Assembly: GCA_951406725.2 (NCBI GenBank)
Contig: OX597840.1
Coordinates: 14,508,001-14,572,000, forward strand
Source: Octopus vulgaris
Lineage: Eukaryota
Length of the DNA: 64,000 bases
Direction: 5' to 3'
This document shows, piece by piece, positions 52,160 to 64,000 of this stretch. Below the pieces are notes generated by a model. It ran no database searches. It worked only from the letters and a program-made list of their open reading frames with translations, and had not been told where the DNA came from. Within the stretch, counting starts at the first letter, position 1; every line of letters begins with the position of its first letter. A program made the position numbers and the translations under genes.

Positions 52160-52540
52160 ACATCACATGCCATTGGTTAAGACAACGAGGGTTCCAGTTG
52201 AACCGATCAATGGAACAGCCTGCTCATGAAATTAATGTGCAAGTGGCTGAGCACTCCACAGACATGTGTACCCTTAATATAGTCCTCAGGGAGATTCAGT
52301 GTGACACAGAGTGTGACGCGGTTGGCTCTTTGGAATACAGGTACAACAGAAACAGAAAGAAAGAGTGAGAGAAAGTTGTGGTGAAAGAGTACAGCAGGGT
52401 TTGCCACCACTCCCTGATGGAGCCTCGTGGAGCTTTAGGCGTTTTCACTCAATAAGCACTCACAATGCCTGGTCTGAGAATCGAAACCGTGATCCTACGA
52501 CCGCAAGTCCGCTGCCCTAACCACTGGGCCATTGTGCCTC
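52160..52540 (-). mobile_element. tRNA SINE family A (tail type 2)
   Basis: Homologous to 22116-22488. Confidence 0.85.
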
Positions 52541-52633
52541 CACATACAGACAAGCATACATACATACATACATACATACATACATACACATACATACATA
52601 CATACATACATACATACATACATACATACATAC

Positions 52634-53036
52634 CTTCCTTCCTTCTGGGACCCTGAAGGAGGATCTATGGCTGGAAAGACATTTCTTAAAGGAAGTTCCT
52701 GTACTTCCAATGTATTTCCTTGGATGCGTGGAATCAGTGTCATGTCTACTATTGCTGTTGTTGTTGCTGCTACCACTTCTGCAGTTGGTGCTGTTGTTGT
52801 TGCTGTTGCAATTGTAGTTGTTGATGTTGTAGCTGCCATTAGTGCCGCTGTTGTTGATTCTGGTGGTGCTGGAGCAGCGGCTGTTGGTAGTGGTGCCACT
52901 GGAGGTGGTGGTTGCATCAGTAGTGTTACTGTCTCTGCGTGTGTTGCCATTGATGCATGTGTTGCTGTTATTAAGCCTGCCAATGTTGCTGCAGTTGCTG
53001 CTGATTGTGCTGCTGTCAACGATGATATTGCTGGTG
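52634..53036 (-). CDS. candidate Thr/Ala/Pro-rich exon (403 nt)
   Basis: Open frame ending in complex peptide DMTLIPRIQGNTLEVQELPLRNVFPAIDPPSGSQKEG; donor AAG|GTATGT; acceptor weak ((TA)n-GTAG). Confidence 0.3.
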
Positions 53037-53071
<35 letters not shown>

Positions 53072-53185
53072 GGTTTGGAGATGGTGTACAGGTATTATAT
53101 ATTAGAAGAAATAAGGTACTCAGAAATCTGGATGGTTTTATATTTACAGATATTTATTAGTATGTTACATGTTTATATAAATCAT

Positions 53186-53226
53186 ATATTAGCGCTTGCG
53201 TCCACTCTAGTGGAGTCTTCAGATTG
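53186..53226 (-). ncRNA. degenerate minimal hammerhead motif
   Basis: Minus strand: AAT CTGAAGA CTCCAC TAGA GTGGAC GCAA GCGC TA AT. Two substitutions from canonical (G10.1C, A13C); palindromic stem III AGCGCT. Confidence 0.55.
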
Positions 53227-53721
53227 AATTTTTTTCAGGAGATTATATATATATATATATCTGAAAGACACTCAAGGTGCTTATATGCATATAAATGCAC
53301 TTTTGCACAATGCAGTTGGAATGAATTTGAGTAACTGTTAACATAATTTACTTTAAGGTATGGAGGAATTAAATTTAGCTTTAACCTTCCCATTCTTATA
53401 AGCACCAAGCAGCTAACTTGCTATGTGAATGTATGTGTGCCAAACCACATGTGTATGTATAATTATATCTTCATGGCTGTTTGAATGAGCGAGTGTACAT
53501 GTGTCATACAAGTTACGTGAGGGCGTTTATCCATCCATATCCATTAATGCTTATATTTAACACTTTTCTCGCATGTGTGTTTCTTTTTTGCATCTGTTAT
53601 TTTATTATTAATCTTCTATATAAATGAAGCTCTATCCTTTAATTTGCTGCTTTTTTTTCACAAGAACTGAAAAGATACATTGCAGAACTATTAATTTAAC
53701 AAGTTGTATCTGTTTATTCAC

Positions 53722-53782
53722 CTGAAGAGACACATCTGCACCATCGGATGCTTCTGAACCAGTTGTTAAGTATCCCACCCAT
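53722..53782 (-). CDS. candidate first coding exon (MGGILNNWFRSIRWCRCVSS)
   Basis: ATG followed by 20 codons and donor CAG|GTGAAT (phase 1). Confidence 0.3.
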
Positions 53783-53881
53783 GAGTGTTTTGAAACTATT
53801 GTAGTGTTTAATAACTGTTTTGAAACTATTGTAGTGTTTAATAAAAACTCTCGTATCTTTCATCTTCCATCTCTCATTAAC

Positions 53882-53924
<43 letters not shown>

Positions 53925-53989
53925 GTCCAACCCATGCTAGCATGGAGAACGGACATTAAGCGATAATGATGATGATGATATATATATAA

Positions 53990-54598
53990 CTGAGGAAATG
54001 ACTAGAGACTGAGACCTTTGGAAATATGCTGTGCGTGAGAAGACCTGACAGGACAAGTGAGACCATAACCCGTGGCCTCTACATGGGATGTAGCCAGCCC
54101 ACTTATGCATACCTTTCCTTCTTGGGACACAAAACTCTACTTGTGAAGACCTGTTCAGGCAAGTGAAAATCGAAATCGATCAACATCAATGGAAATTGTA
54201 ACTCTGATACCAGTGCCAGTGGCATGTAAGAGAACCATCCAAATGTGGCCGTTGCCAGCACCGCCCCAACTGGCCTCCATGCCGGCGGCACGTAAAAAGT
54301 ACCATCTGATCGTGGTCGTTGCCAGCCTCATCTGGCCTCCGTGCCGGTGGCACATAAAAAGCACCATCCGATCGTGGTCGTTTGCCACCCTCTTCTGGCA
54401 CCTGTGCCGGTGGCACAAAAAAGAGCACCCACTACACTCACGGAGTGGTTGTCGTTAGGAAGGGCATCCAGCTGTAGAAACACTGCTAAATCAGACTGGG
54501 CCTGGTGCAGCCTTCTGGCTTCCCAGACCCCAGTTGAACCGTCCAACCCATGCTAGCATAGAAAGTGGACATTAAACGATGATGATGATGATGATGAT
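53990..54598 (+). mobile_element. RTE LINE 3' UTR with (GAT)n tail
   Basis: Reverse complement of 58735-59420. Confidence 0.88.
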
Positions 54599-54754
54599 AT
54601 ATATATATATATATTATTTTATATTATTTTATTCTCTTACTTATTTCAGCCATGTGGCTTCAGTCATGCTGGAGCATCACCATGGTGCCGGAGCACATAT
54701 ATCTTCTGTGAGGTGAGTTTGGTTAAATATAGAGGGATGAATGTAACTTCAGAG

Positions 54755-54791
<37 letters not shown>

Positions 54792-55064
54792 CATATACAT
54801 ACATGTTTAACGTCTTTCCATTCAGTCATGGTTGCATTCATGCATCCAACCATTCATCTGTTTGTCTGTCCATGTTAATCTTTATTTTTATGTTGAGTTC
54901 TATTTTAAAACAATTTAACCATAAACTAATGGATTACTCAATAATTTTCTGTAGAATAAGGTTGACAGGGACTTCGAAGTTTCAGCTTGTCTGCCTTCAT
55001 CTGATGAAAAGAAGTAAGCTAAAATTTCAAAATCACTGTCAACCTCATTCTTGTAAAAATTTCA

Positions 55065-55395
55065 TAACTACATGGTCCCAGGGTCAGTCCCACTGCATAG
55101 CACCTTGGGCAAGTATCTTCTATAACCTCAGGCCAACCAAAGCCTTCTGAATGGATTTGGTAGATGGAAACTGAAAGAAGTCCATTGTGTGTCTGTGTTT
55201 GTCTCGTATCGCCACTTGACAACTGATGTTGGTGTAGTTATGTCCTTGTAACTTAGCAGTTTGGCAAGGGACTGATAGAATAAGTGCCAGGCATGAAAGA
55301 AGAATGGTACTGCGAGCAATTCATTCAACTAAAATCCTTCAAGGGGATGCTCCAGCATGGCCACAGTCTCATGGCTGAAACTAGTAAAAGATAAA
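55065..55395 (+). mobile_element. CORE-like SINE (family B)
   Basis: Same motifs as 16977-17380. Confidence 0.8.
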
Positions 55396-57179
55396 GCATG
55401 TTTGTATCTGTGTGTATATATTTACAATCGTACCCTTCTGACTGATGTCACTCATTTCAGGCGGTGGGGTTGTTGTTGTTGATTCTCCAGTCAAGAAATT
55501 GTTTGCCCCTTTCACGCTATTGAAACCATGTGAAATAAGATATCCCTCTCTTCAAAATTTAGTAAAGGTTGACAACTGGAAGGTCATCCAATCACAGTAC
55601 CTCAATAATATATTCACCTAACCCATGCTAGCATCGCAAAACTGACATAAAATGAGCAAGCGAACACAGAGAAAGCGAGAGATATAGATAGAGAAACTAA
55701 GTCCTCAATCTAATCAAAACACAATATCTTGGTGCAACATTTTCCTATAATCACTAATCATGAATCAAAGCCACTTCTTCCCTTCCTCCCTGCAAGTCAT
55801 AGATGCTTTGCAAAAGGGTCACTCTTGGGTACCATTTTTCTTTCTCTGCACTAAGGCTTATTCAAGAGATGCTGTTTTCCTTTCTCTGGACAAGTGGCCA
55901 TTCCTTGGTGCCATCCTTCTTTCTCTAGAGTGAGTGTGATTCTTTGGTGCCAACCTTATTTCTCAGGGTTAAGCTTTGGCAAAAAATAAAGAAATTTAAA
56001 AATCTTCTGGCTGTTGAACTGTTTGCAAGATCTCTAATGAAATGTCGGCATATTTCTTGGCAAAAGACAGAAATTTATTACAAAAACAGTCTTATGATAA
56101 ATTTAATTTGATAGTGAGATAAAATTAATTGAAATATATTTCATCTTAATTTAATTTTGTCTTTTAAGCACAAACTTAGCTTTTATCTCGGTTCTGTAAA
56201 ACACATTTGTGGCAGGAAATAAGTGTAGCATGTACTGTTGGTAGAGATCTAAACTTTATGCATACACCCATGGATGTATATGTGTGTGTGTATATATATA
56301 TATACGTACACACATATATGTATGCATATATATACATACATATATAACATAGATATATATAAATACACACGTATATAACATACATACATACCTACATATA
56401 TATATATATATATTATGTATGTTATATTTGTGTATATGTATATATATCTGTTATATATGTATGTATATGTATTTATATATGAATGTGTATGTATATATAT
56501 ATGTATATATGCATATATATATGTATATATATGTATATATGCATATATATATGTATATATATGTATATATGCATATATATATGTTTATATAGATACACAT
56601 ATATATATACATACACATATATGTATATGCATTTATTTGTGTGTGCGTGCATATCGTATACACAGACACATGTATAGATATATGTACAGCTCATACATTT
56701 TTCATACACAAGCTCATACATACATTCATATATACACACCTATATATATATTTTTATGTATACACCTATATAATTATATACATACTTATCAAGCATATCG
56801 CACACACACACAAGCATCCTTCCTTATCCATATGCATACACATACATAGAAATAAACTTTCATACATATATACACATACACATGAATTTATGTTGCACCA
56901 ATAAGTAGGTCTCAGTTACTTACTGTACTAGAAATAACAGCCAGAATGTATTACACTGTTACTGATTTATCCATCAGTCCATCCATGCCCACCATGTCTG
57001 TTTCTGTATTGCAAAATTTTTCTTTGTTTTCTGAGCACAATTTCTGTGATGGTTTTTTTTGTAAAAGGAAGTTTAAAAATGTCTGGTTCAACAATCTTCT
57101 TTTAGAAGGGTTTAGGAACAGCTTGGATGGTTCTGTCTGTGAGTATAACCAGGTGGAAGTTGGCTGGTTGTGGGGTAGG

Positions 57180-57482
57180 GAGATATGGAGAGGAAGAGGA
57201 AGAGAGAGAGAGAGAGACAGAAAGTTGTACACACAGGGAAAGAAAGAGAAGGGAAGAGAGAGGGAGAGAGACATAGAAATAGAGAGGCAGAGAGAGACAT
57301 ATTGAAGAGGAGAGCAGAAGAGGAAGAAAGAGAGACAGACAGACAGACAAACAGATGTATACACAGAGAAAAAGAGAAGAGAGATGGAGAGAGGCAGAGA
57401 GAGACACAGAATGAGAGAGTGGAAGAGGAAGAGAGAGAGAGAGAGAGACAGACAGATGTATAGATAGAGAAAGAAAGAGAGA
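57180..57482. repeat. GA-rich polypurine/polypyrimidine tract
   Basis: Direct inspection. Confidence 0.9.
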
Positions 57483-58576
57483 CTTACCTAGGGTTAATTA
57501 GCAACACTAGCGAAGTTCCCCTTTACCCAACCTCAAGAGTCAAAGCTGGACTGGATTTAGACCATCTGTGTGTCTGGCTGCCTGTCTATCTATCTATCTG
57601 TCTGTCTGTCTGTCTACATATCTATCCAATATGTGGGTGTAGGTGTTTATAATGTATGTGCATTTTCAATTGTGAGTCTTTATCAGAAATGTGTCCACTA
57701 GGGCAATGTTAGTGTAATCTATCTTATAACTTGCACTAACATCACACATACACGCACACCACACCACACACATTTCTATATATATATATATATCTTTTTT
57801 TTCTCCTTTTCATTCATTTACAAAAGATACAGTCTACTTCATTTCTTTTGACTAAACCTTACACACACACACACACACACACATATTTATTTATATATAC
57901 TGATGCATATGTATGAATAGCATTGATGTTTAACTGAACGAAAAGCTAAGAGTTTGCTAATGCTTGTTGATAAAAAGGAAAGAAAAAATTGAATCGTAAA
58001 GCTACACATTGTGGCTCAAGTGCTGATATCAAACATACATTGTTATATGAATCTGGACGTTTTTTTATTATCGTAGAATAGCTCCAGAGACGTATAAACA
58101 AAGTAGAGCAGACACAACTGTATTATATTTGAATTAGGTTTCAGTAACGACCACAAAGAAACGATAATGGAAATAAGGGAAACTTTAGAATTGTGTGGGT
58201 TTGGCGGTGAGGTAGAGGGGTTTTTCTGAAGCATGTTTGTTTGTGTGTGTGTGTGTGTGTATTGAATACAAATGCAGAAAAATATTGAAATAAATAAACC
58301 CATGAAGATGCTAGTATTTACCAATTATGGTTCCAGTCTTTAAGTGATTTCTCAGTTTGAATTACAAGCCAATAAATCAATGCCAATATGGTCGGGTCTT
58401 GCATGTAGAGCAATATATTAAGACTCAATAATTGAGTAAGATTCTGTCATATAAATCCATACATACATATGTATGTATATATGTATGTATATAAATATAT
58501 GTATATAAATATATATATATATGTATATATATATGTGTATGTATGTATGTATGTATATGTGTCTGTATGTGTGTGT

Positions 58577-60830
58577 TGGCTGAGTGGAAAGAAGCTTGCT
58601 TTCCAACCACATAGTTCTGGGTTCAGTCTCATTGCATGGCACCTTGGGCAAGTGTCTTCTTCTATAGACTTGGGCTGACCTAAGCCTTGTGATTGGATTT
58701 GGTAGGTTGAAACTGAAAGAAGCCTGTTGTATATATCATCATCATCATTGTCATCATCGTTTAACGACCACTTTCCATGCTAGCATGGGTTGGACGATTT
58801 GACTGAGGGCTGGCGAACCAGATCGCTGCACCAAGTTTCAATCATGATCTGGCAAAGTTTCTACAGCTGGATGCCCTTCCTAACGCCAACCACTCTGAGA
58901 GTGTAGTGGGAGTCTTTTATGTGCCACCGGCACAGGGCCAGTCAGGCAGTACTGGCAACGACCTCGCTCGAATCTTTTACACATGCCACTGGCACAGGTG
59001 CCAGTAAGGCAATGCTGGTAACAATCACGTTCGAATGGTGTCTTTTTCAAGCCACCGGCACAGAGGCCAGATAACCACTCTGGCAATGATCACGTGCTGA
59101 TGGTGCTCTTAATACCCTACTAGCATGGGGCTCGAGTGCCAGTAAGGTGATGCTGGTAACGATTAGTTGCTCTGTCAACGATCACACTCATATGGTGCTC
59201 TTTGCACCCCGCTACCACAGACGCCAGTCATTGAATTTGATTTTGATTTCACTTGCCTCAACAGGTCTTCGCATGCAGAGTTTTAGTGTCCAAAGAAGGA
59301 AAAGGTATGCATAAGTGGGCTGGTTATGCGCCTGGCAGTATAGGCCATGAGATTATGGTCTCATTTGGCTTGCCGGGTCTTCTCATGCACGGCATATTTC
59401 CAAAAGATTCGGTCACTAGTCATTTCCTTGGTGAGTCCTAAAGTTCAAAGGTTGTGCTTCACCACTTCATCCCAGGTCTTCCTGGGTCTACCTCTTCAAC
59501 AGGTTCTCTCAACCGCCAGGGTGTGGCACTTTTTCTCACAGCTATCCTCACCCATTCTCGCCACATGACCATACCAGCGCAGTCGTCTCTCTTGCACACC
59601 ACATCTGATGTTTCTTAGGTCCAACCTTTCTCTCAAGGCACTAACACTCCGTTGAGTATGCACACTGACATTACACATCCATCGGATCATACTGGCTTCA
59701 TTCCTTGTGAGCTTACACATGTCCTCAGCAGTCACAGCCCATGTTTCACTGCCATGTAGCATGGCTGTTTGTACATGTGCATCGTACAGTCTACCTTTTA
59801 CTCTGAGCGAGAGGCCCTTTGTCACCAGCAGAGGTAAGAGCTCTCTGAACTTTGCCCAAGCTATTCTTATTCTAGCAGCTACACTTTCAGTGCACCCTCC
59901 CCCTCTACTGACTTGGTCACCTAGGTAATGGAAGCTATCAACTACTTCTAGTTTTCCTCTCTGGAATGTAGCGAAAGTTGTTCTCTGCGCATTTTCAGAG
60001 TCTATTGCTCCCGAGCATCTGCCACATACAAAAACTATCTTCCTGGTTAGCCTGCCTTTGATATTACTGCACGTCTTATGTGTTCATAGCTTACACTTGG
60101 TACATCTTATAAAGTTTCTACCTACACCTCTACTACAGATTGAGCAGGGCCATCTACCTGAAGGGATTTGTGGTTTGCCTGCCTCCCTACTTATTAGGAC
60201 TTTGGTTTTAGCTAGGTTGACTCTTAGGCCCTTGAAACTTCTCCTCTAGTTCTGATAGAGCAAGGTCATCAGCATAGAGGAGCTCCCAGGGGCATCCTGT
60301 CTTGAATTCCTCCATTATTGCCTGGAGGACTATGATAAATAGGAGGGGGCCGAGGACTGAACCCTGGTGGACCCCTACCTCTACCCTGAATTCTTCAGTG
60401 TACTCGTTGCCAACCCTCACCTTACTGACAGCATCTCTGTACATGGCTTGCACGGCTCTCACTAACCATTCATCTATCCCTAGTTTCCTCAATGACCACC
60501 AGATAATGGATCGGGGGACCCTGTCAAAGGCTTTCTCCATGTCAACGAAAGCCAGGTACAGGGGCTTATCTTTGGCTAGGTATTTCTCCTGCAGCTGTCT
60601 TATCAGGAATATAGCATCATTGTGTGTCTGTGTTTGTCCCCCCAACATCGCTTGACAACCGATACTGGTGTGTTTACATCCCCGTAACTTAGCGGTTCAG
60701 CAAAAGAGACCAACATAATAAGTACTAGGCATCCAAAGAATAAATCTTGGGGTCAATCTGCTCGACTAAAGGTGGTGCTCCAGCATTGCCACAGTCAAAT
60801 AACTGAAACAAGTAAAAGAGTAAAAGAGAG
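58577..60830 (+). mobile_element. family B SINE split in two (58577-58733 and 60620-60830) by an RTE insertion
   Basis: 5' half ends gaagcctgttgtatata; 3' half resumes tgtgtgtctgtgtttgtcccccc. Confidence 0.82.
58735..60618 (-). mobile_element. 5'-truncated RTE LINE with well-preserved RT fragment
   Basis: AFVDMEKAFDRVPR, GVHQGSVLGPLLF, LYADDL and RRLRWYGHVAR motifs; 3' UTR and (GAT)n tail. Confidence 0.95.
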
Positions 60831-62644
60831 GGTTGCAAACCTGGAAAAGTGGATATTAAATAATGATGATGATGTTTATTTTATTCTTACATACATTAGT
60901 GCAAAACCACAAATTTGTAGTTTGGGGAGGACTCAATCAATTCTGTGCCTAACTGGTTCTTGGCTTATCTTTGTGTGACCCTGGTGTGTGGTTGCTGATG
61001 ATGACCTTGGCATGGTTTGAACTTATTGACATATTTGGATCTCTACCATTCCTGTTACACTTTCTTTGTAAATTTATCATAATGCTATCACTGTTTAAAA
61101 CCAAAATCTATACCCCTAAACAGATTACACATTTATAAATAGCCAGCCTGGACCACTGAGAAATGTTTTCATGCTGTATGCAGGGCTATATTAGTGCTTG
61201 TTATAGATTAGGAACTCCAGAACTTACAATTGGCCTGACCAACCATCTGCTGTGTTATAACAATCTATCTCATTATATGATATGTTTAGTTATCAAAAGC
61301 ATGTTGTTCCAACACTCGTTAGAGAAAATAGCTTCTTACTCTACTTTGGTATTCAAAAAAAGAATTAGTTGATCAATATGAACCACAACAAAATACTAAT
61401 GTTATATACTGTGCAATAAATCTTAGAAAAATAACAAAATATAAACATCAATATAAACATGTCTTCGTACAAAACATATCGTATTTTAAAAGAACATTTT
61501 TAGTAAACATATTTTGTACTGTGTTACAAGGCATACTTTAAAATAATTATGCACTGATTGTTTACAGTTCTCAGGTGCATTACAACGCATTAGAAAAACT
61601 AACAAAAGTGCATTAACAGTATATAGAATAATGCACTGGAAGTGTACAGTGAAGGGGTCGTTCACGAGAAGGAAGAAAAACAGGGAGGGTCACCAGGTGT
61701 ACTGTTGGCAAGTTTCATGAAGGATGTAGTCTCCCCCGATAGCTTATAACTGATGCAGGTAATTTATTCTATGTGTCAGCAATTCTGGGATCTTGATTCA
61801 AACGCATGTCTTGTTACACAAATTGAATCAAGAGACATCACCTTAAAGTACACCTTTGTTACAGAGAACATTTTGTTAAAGACGATATCAATGAAATTCA
61901 CTACAAAATATATTTTGCCACAAAAGCTTCTTGTTGAAAAGAAGCACAAACTTTTAGAACAAAATGTGAAGACGAGATGACAAGGGAGCAGGAGATGTGG
62001 TGATTTGCTGTACTTGATAAGACATGTCAAGCTAAATATAAGCACTGTCTTCAACACACACAGGCTTCTCCTTTCAGGTGCCAGTGCCACTTAAAAAACA
62101 CATGTGCAAGTGCTGCATTAATGCACCTGTGCTGATATTACGTAGATGTGTTCATGCTGGTGGCACTTAAAAGGCACCCAGCACACTCTCTTAAGTGGTT
62201 GGCATTAGGAAAGGCATCCAGTCATAGAAACCATGCCACAACAGACACTTGGAGTCTAGCCAGCTCTCTGTCAAACTGTCCAACCGATGCCAGCAAGGAA
62301 AGCAGATGTTAAATGATGATGAGGATGATAAAATCAACAGTGTAACAAAACTGTATTACAAAACATTGTCCCAAATTATAATGTATTGCACTAAGAGATG
62401 AATATATTACATAACATATTGTATTTCATAACAGACCATGTTACAGACAATAACACACCTGACAATAAATCATGTGACAAACTGGTATGCAAATTATATT
62501 TGTGTTACATATACAATATATTGCTTTATAAACCGCGTACCTTATTATAAGATTATGTTAGCATTGCAAATCCTAAAAGATGTATACTATGTCGTTCATC
62601 TAGCTTTGCATACATATTTCTATATGTGCATGCACTTGTGAGGT

Positions 62645-63010
62645 GGGTGGGGGGCTGTGTCATAAGCAGCATACTTACCAACCACATGGTTCCAGGTTCA
62701 ATTGTACTGTGTGGAACCTTGGGCAAGTGCCTTCTACTGTATATCCTCTGGCCGACAAAAGCCTTGTAAGTGGAATTGGTAGATGGAAACTGAAAGAAGC
62801 CCATCGCATATATGTGTGTGTGTATGTGTTTGTCCCCTCACCATTGCTTGGCAACCGATGCTGGTGTGTTTACATCCCTGTAATTTAGCGGTTCGGCAAA
62901 AGAGACAAATAAAATAAGTACTAAACTTACAAAGTCCTGAGGTCAATTTTCTTGACGAAAGGTGGTGCTCCAGCATGGCTACAGACAAATGACTGAAACA
63001 AATAAAAGAA
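62645..63010 (+). mobile_element. CORE-like SINE (family B)
   Basis: Same motifs as 16977-17380. Confidence 0.85.
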
Positions 63011-63240
63011 TATGCATAAGTACATATATATATATATATATATCCACACACGCATTATATACATATATAATTCTAAGAGAGTTAGAGGTTGTGAATCCAA
63101 CCAAGGGATAATATCTATCCAATATACTGCTGGTAGAATACCCAATTATCAATACACAAGTGTTTTTTTTATTGCATGGCAATGAATGTAATAAATGGGT
63201 GAGGATAAAAAGTTGTTTTACCCTTAATTTATACAGCAGT

Positions 63241-63580
63241 AAGAAAATGGAGGGAATCAAGAGGTGGTGTTCATAAACTTTTAGCCATTATATTGTGTCT
63301 ATTTATTTAAAAAAAACAAACAATATACATGCATGTGTAACATATTATGCTTTACATATATAAAAATACCAGTGATTATTAAAATATATAATGTAGAACA
63401 CTGAAAATAGAATGTTCTACATTATATATTTTAATAATTACTGGTATTTTTATATATGTAAAGCATAATATGTCACACATGTATGTATATTGTTATAACT
63501 ACTTTTTTTAAAAAAATAAATAGACATAACATAATGTCTAAAAGCTGATGAATACCACCACTTGATCCCCTCCATTTTCT
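63241..63580. repeat. ~340-bp AT-rich palindrome (~160-bp arms, 12-nt loop), MITE-like
   Basis: aagaaaatggaggg...aatgtagaaca / tgttctacatt...ccctccattttctt. Confidence 0.88.
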
Positions 63581-63644
63581 TTTTGCCATATATATATAAA
63601 ATATGAAGAGTTTTCATGAGTGATACTTTAATATATATATATGT

Positions 63645-63905
63645 CATGTGATGATGTGACTGACCAGGCTAGCAGATGTTGTTACACATTGCTGGTCACA
63701 GTGCACTTTTGCATTGTTTTAGCCTTCAAAGACATCATCTCATTGGCTAGGCAAGCAGGCCAACATTCTCCCACTGATCAAAAGGAGGAGTGGAGCAACA
63801 TGAAATGAAGTGTCTTGCTCTAGAACACAACACACTGCCCGATCATGGAATCGAACCCACGATCTAGCGAGTGTGAGTGCAACAGCCTAACCACTTGGCT
63901 ACACA
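63645..63905 (-). mobile_element. chimeric SINE: family E head with family A tail type 1
   Basis: Head matches 30265-30375; tail matches 175-280. Confidence 0.75.
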
Positions 63906-64000
63906 CTCTCATCTATATGTATGTGTGTGTGTATACATATATATACACACACACAGTACAGAACTAAAGTAATACAAAGCAAAATAACAATAAACAAGAA

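Noticed and set aside
52532-53227. 231-aa plus-strand Val/Ala ORF
   Set aside because: Begins and ends in microsatellite or repeat; it is the antisense shadow of the GCA/ACA-rich tract.
61740-61760. miR-21-like sequence TAGCTTATAACTGATG
   Set aside because: Needs gaps to align, no precursor hairpin seen, and miR-21 is a vertebrate family.
61776-62090. 104-aa minus ORF or possible terminal exon
   Set aside because: Starts in an RTE 3' UTR and has no recognisable motif; a UTR role cannot be excluded.
63545-63580. CTGATGA as a hammerhead core
   Set aside because: No stem II or GAAA follows, and the opposite arm reads TTTATGA.

Overview
AT-rich eukaryotic DNA dominated by repeats. The repeat landscape (very long (TA)n/(TACA)n/(AAT)n tracts, tRNA-derived CORE-like and Nin-like SINEs, RTE LINEs with (GAT)n tails) suggests an octopus or other cephalopod genome; this is an inference. 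Almost all listed ORFs are microsatellite artefacts. One convincing coding exon is present: a terminal exon at 13476-14462 (+) encoding about 328 basic, disordered residues of unknown identity. A speculative minus-strand gene can be assembled from phase-compatible exons at 53782-53722, 53036-52634 and 25755-25614. Transposon relics include RTE, R4/Dong-like, CR1/Jockey-like, Penelope (GIY-YIG), Tc1, mariner, piggyBac-type MITEs and two ~1 kb foldback elements. The most notable signal is a set of minimal type-I hammerhead-ribozyme (HHR) motifs in head-to-head inverted repeats, the Penelope integration pattern. They include a tRNA-headed (Pol III) SINE that ends in an HHR (27330-28255) and a family whose core has a compensatory G3-C8 swap (32706-32814). 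A decayed autonomous Penelope ORF lies in the same window. All alignments were done by eye and coordinates of repeats are approximate.
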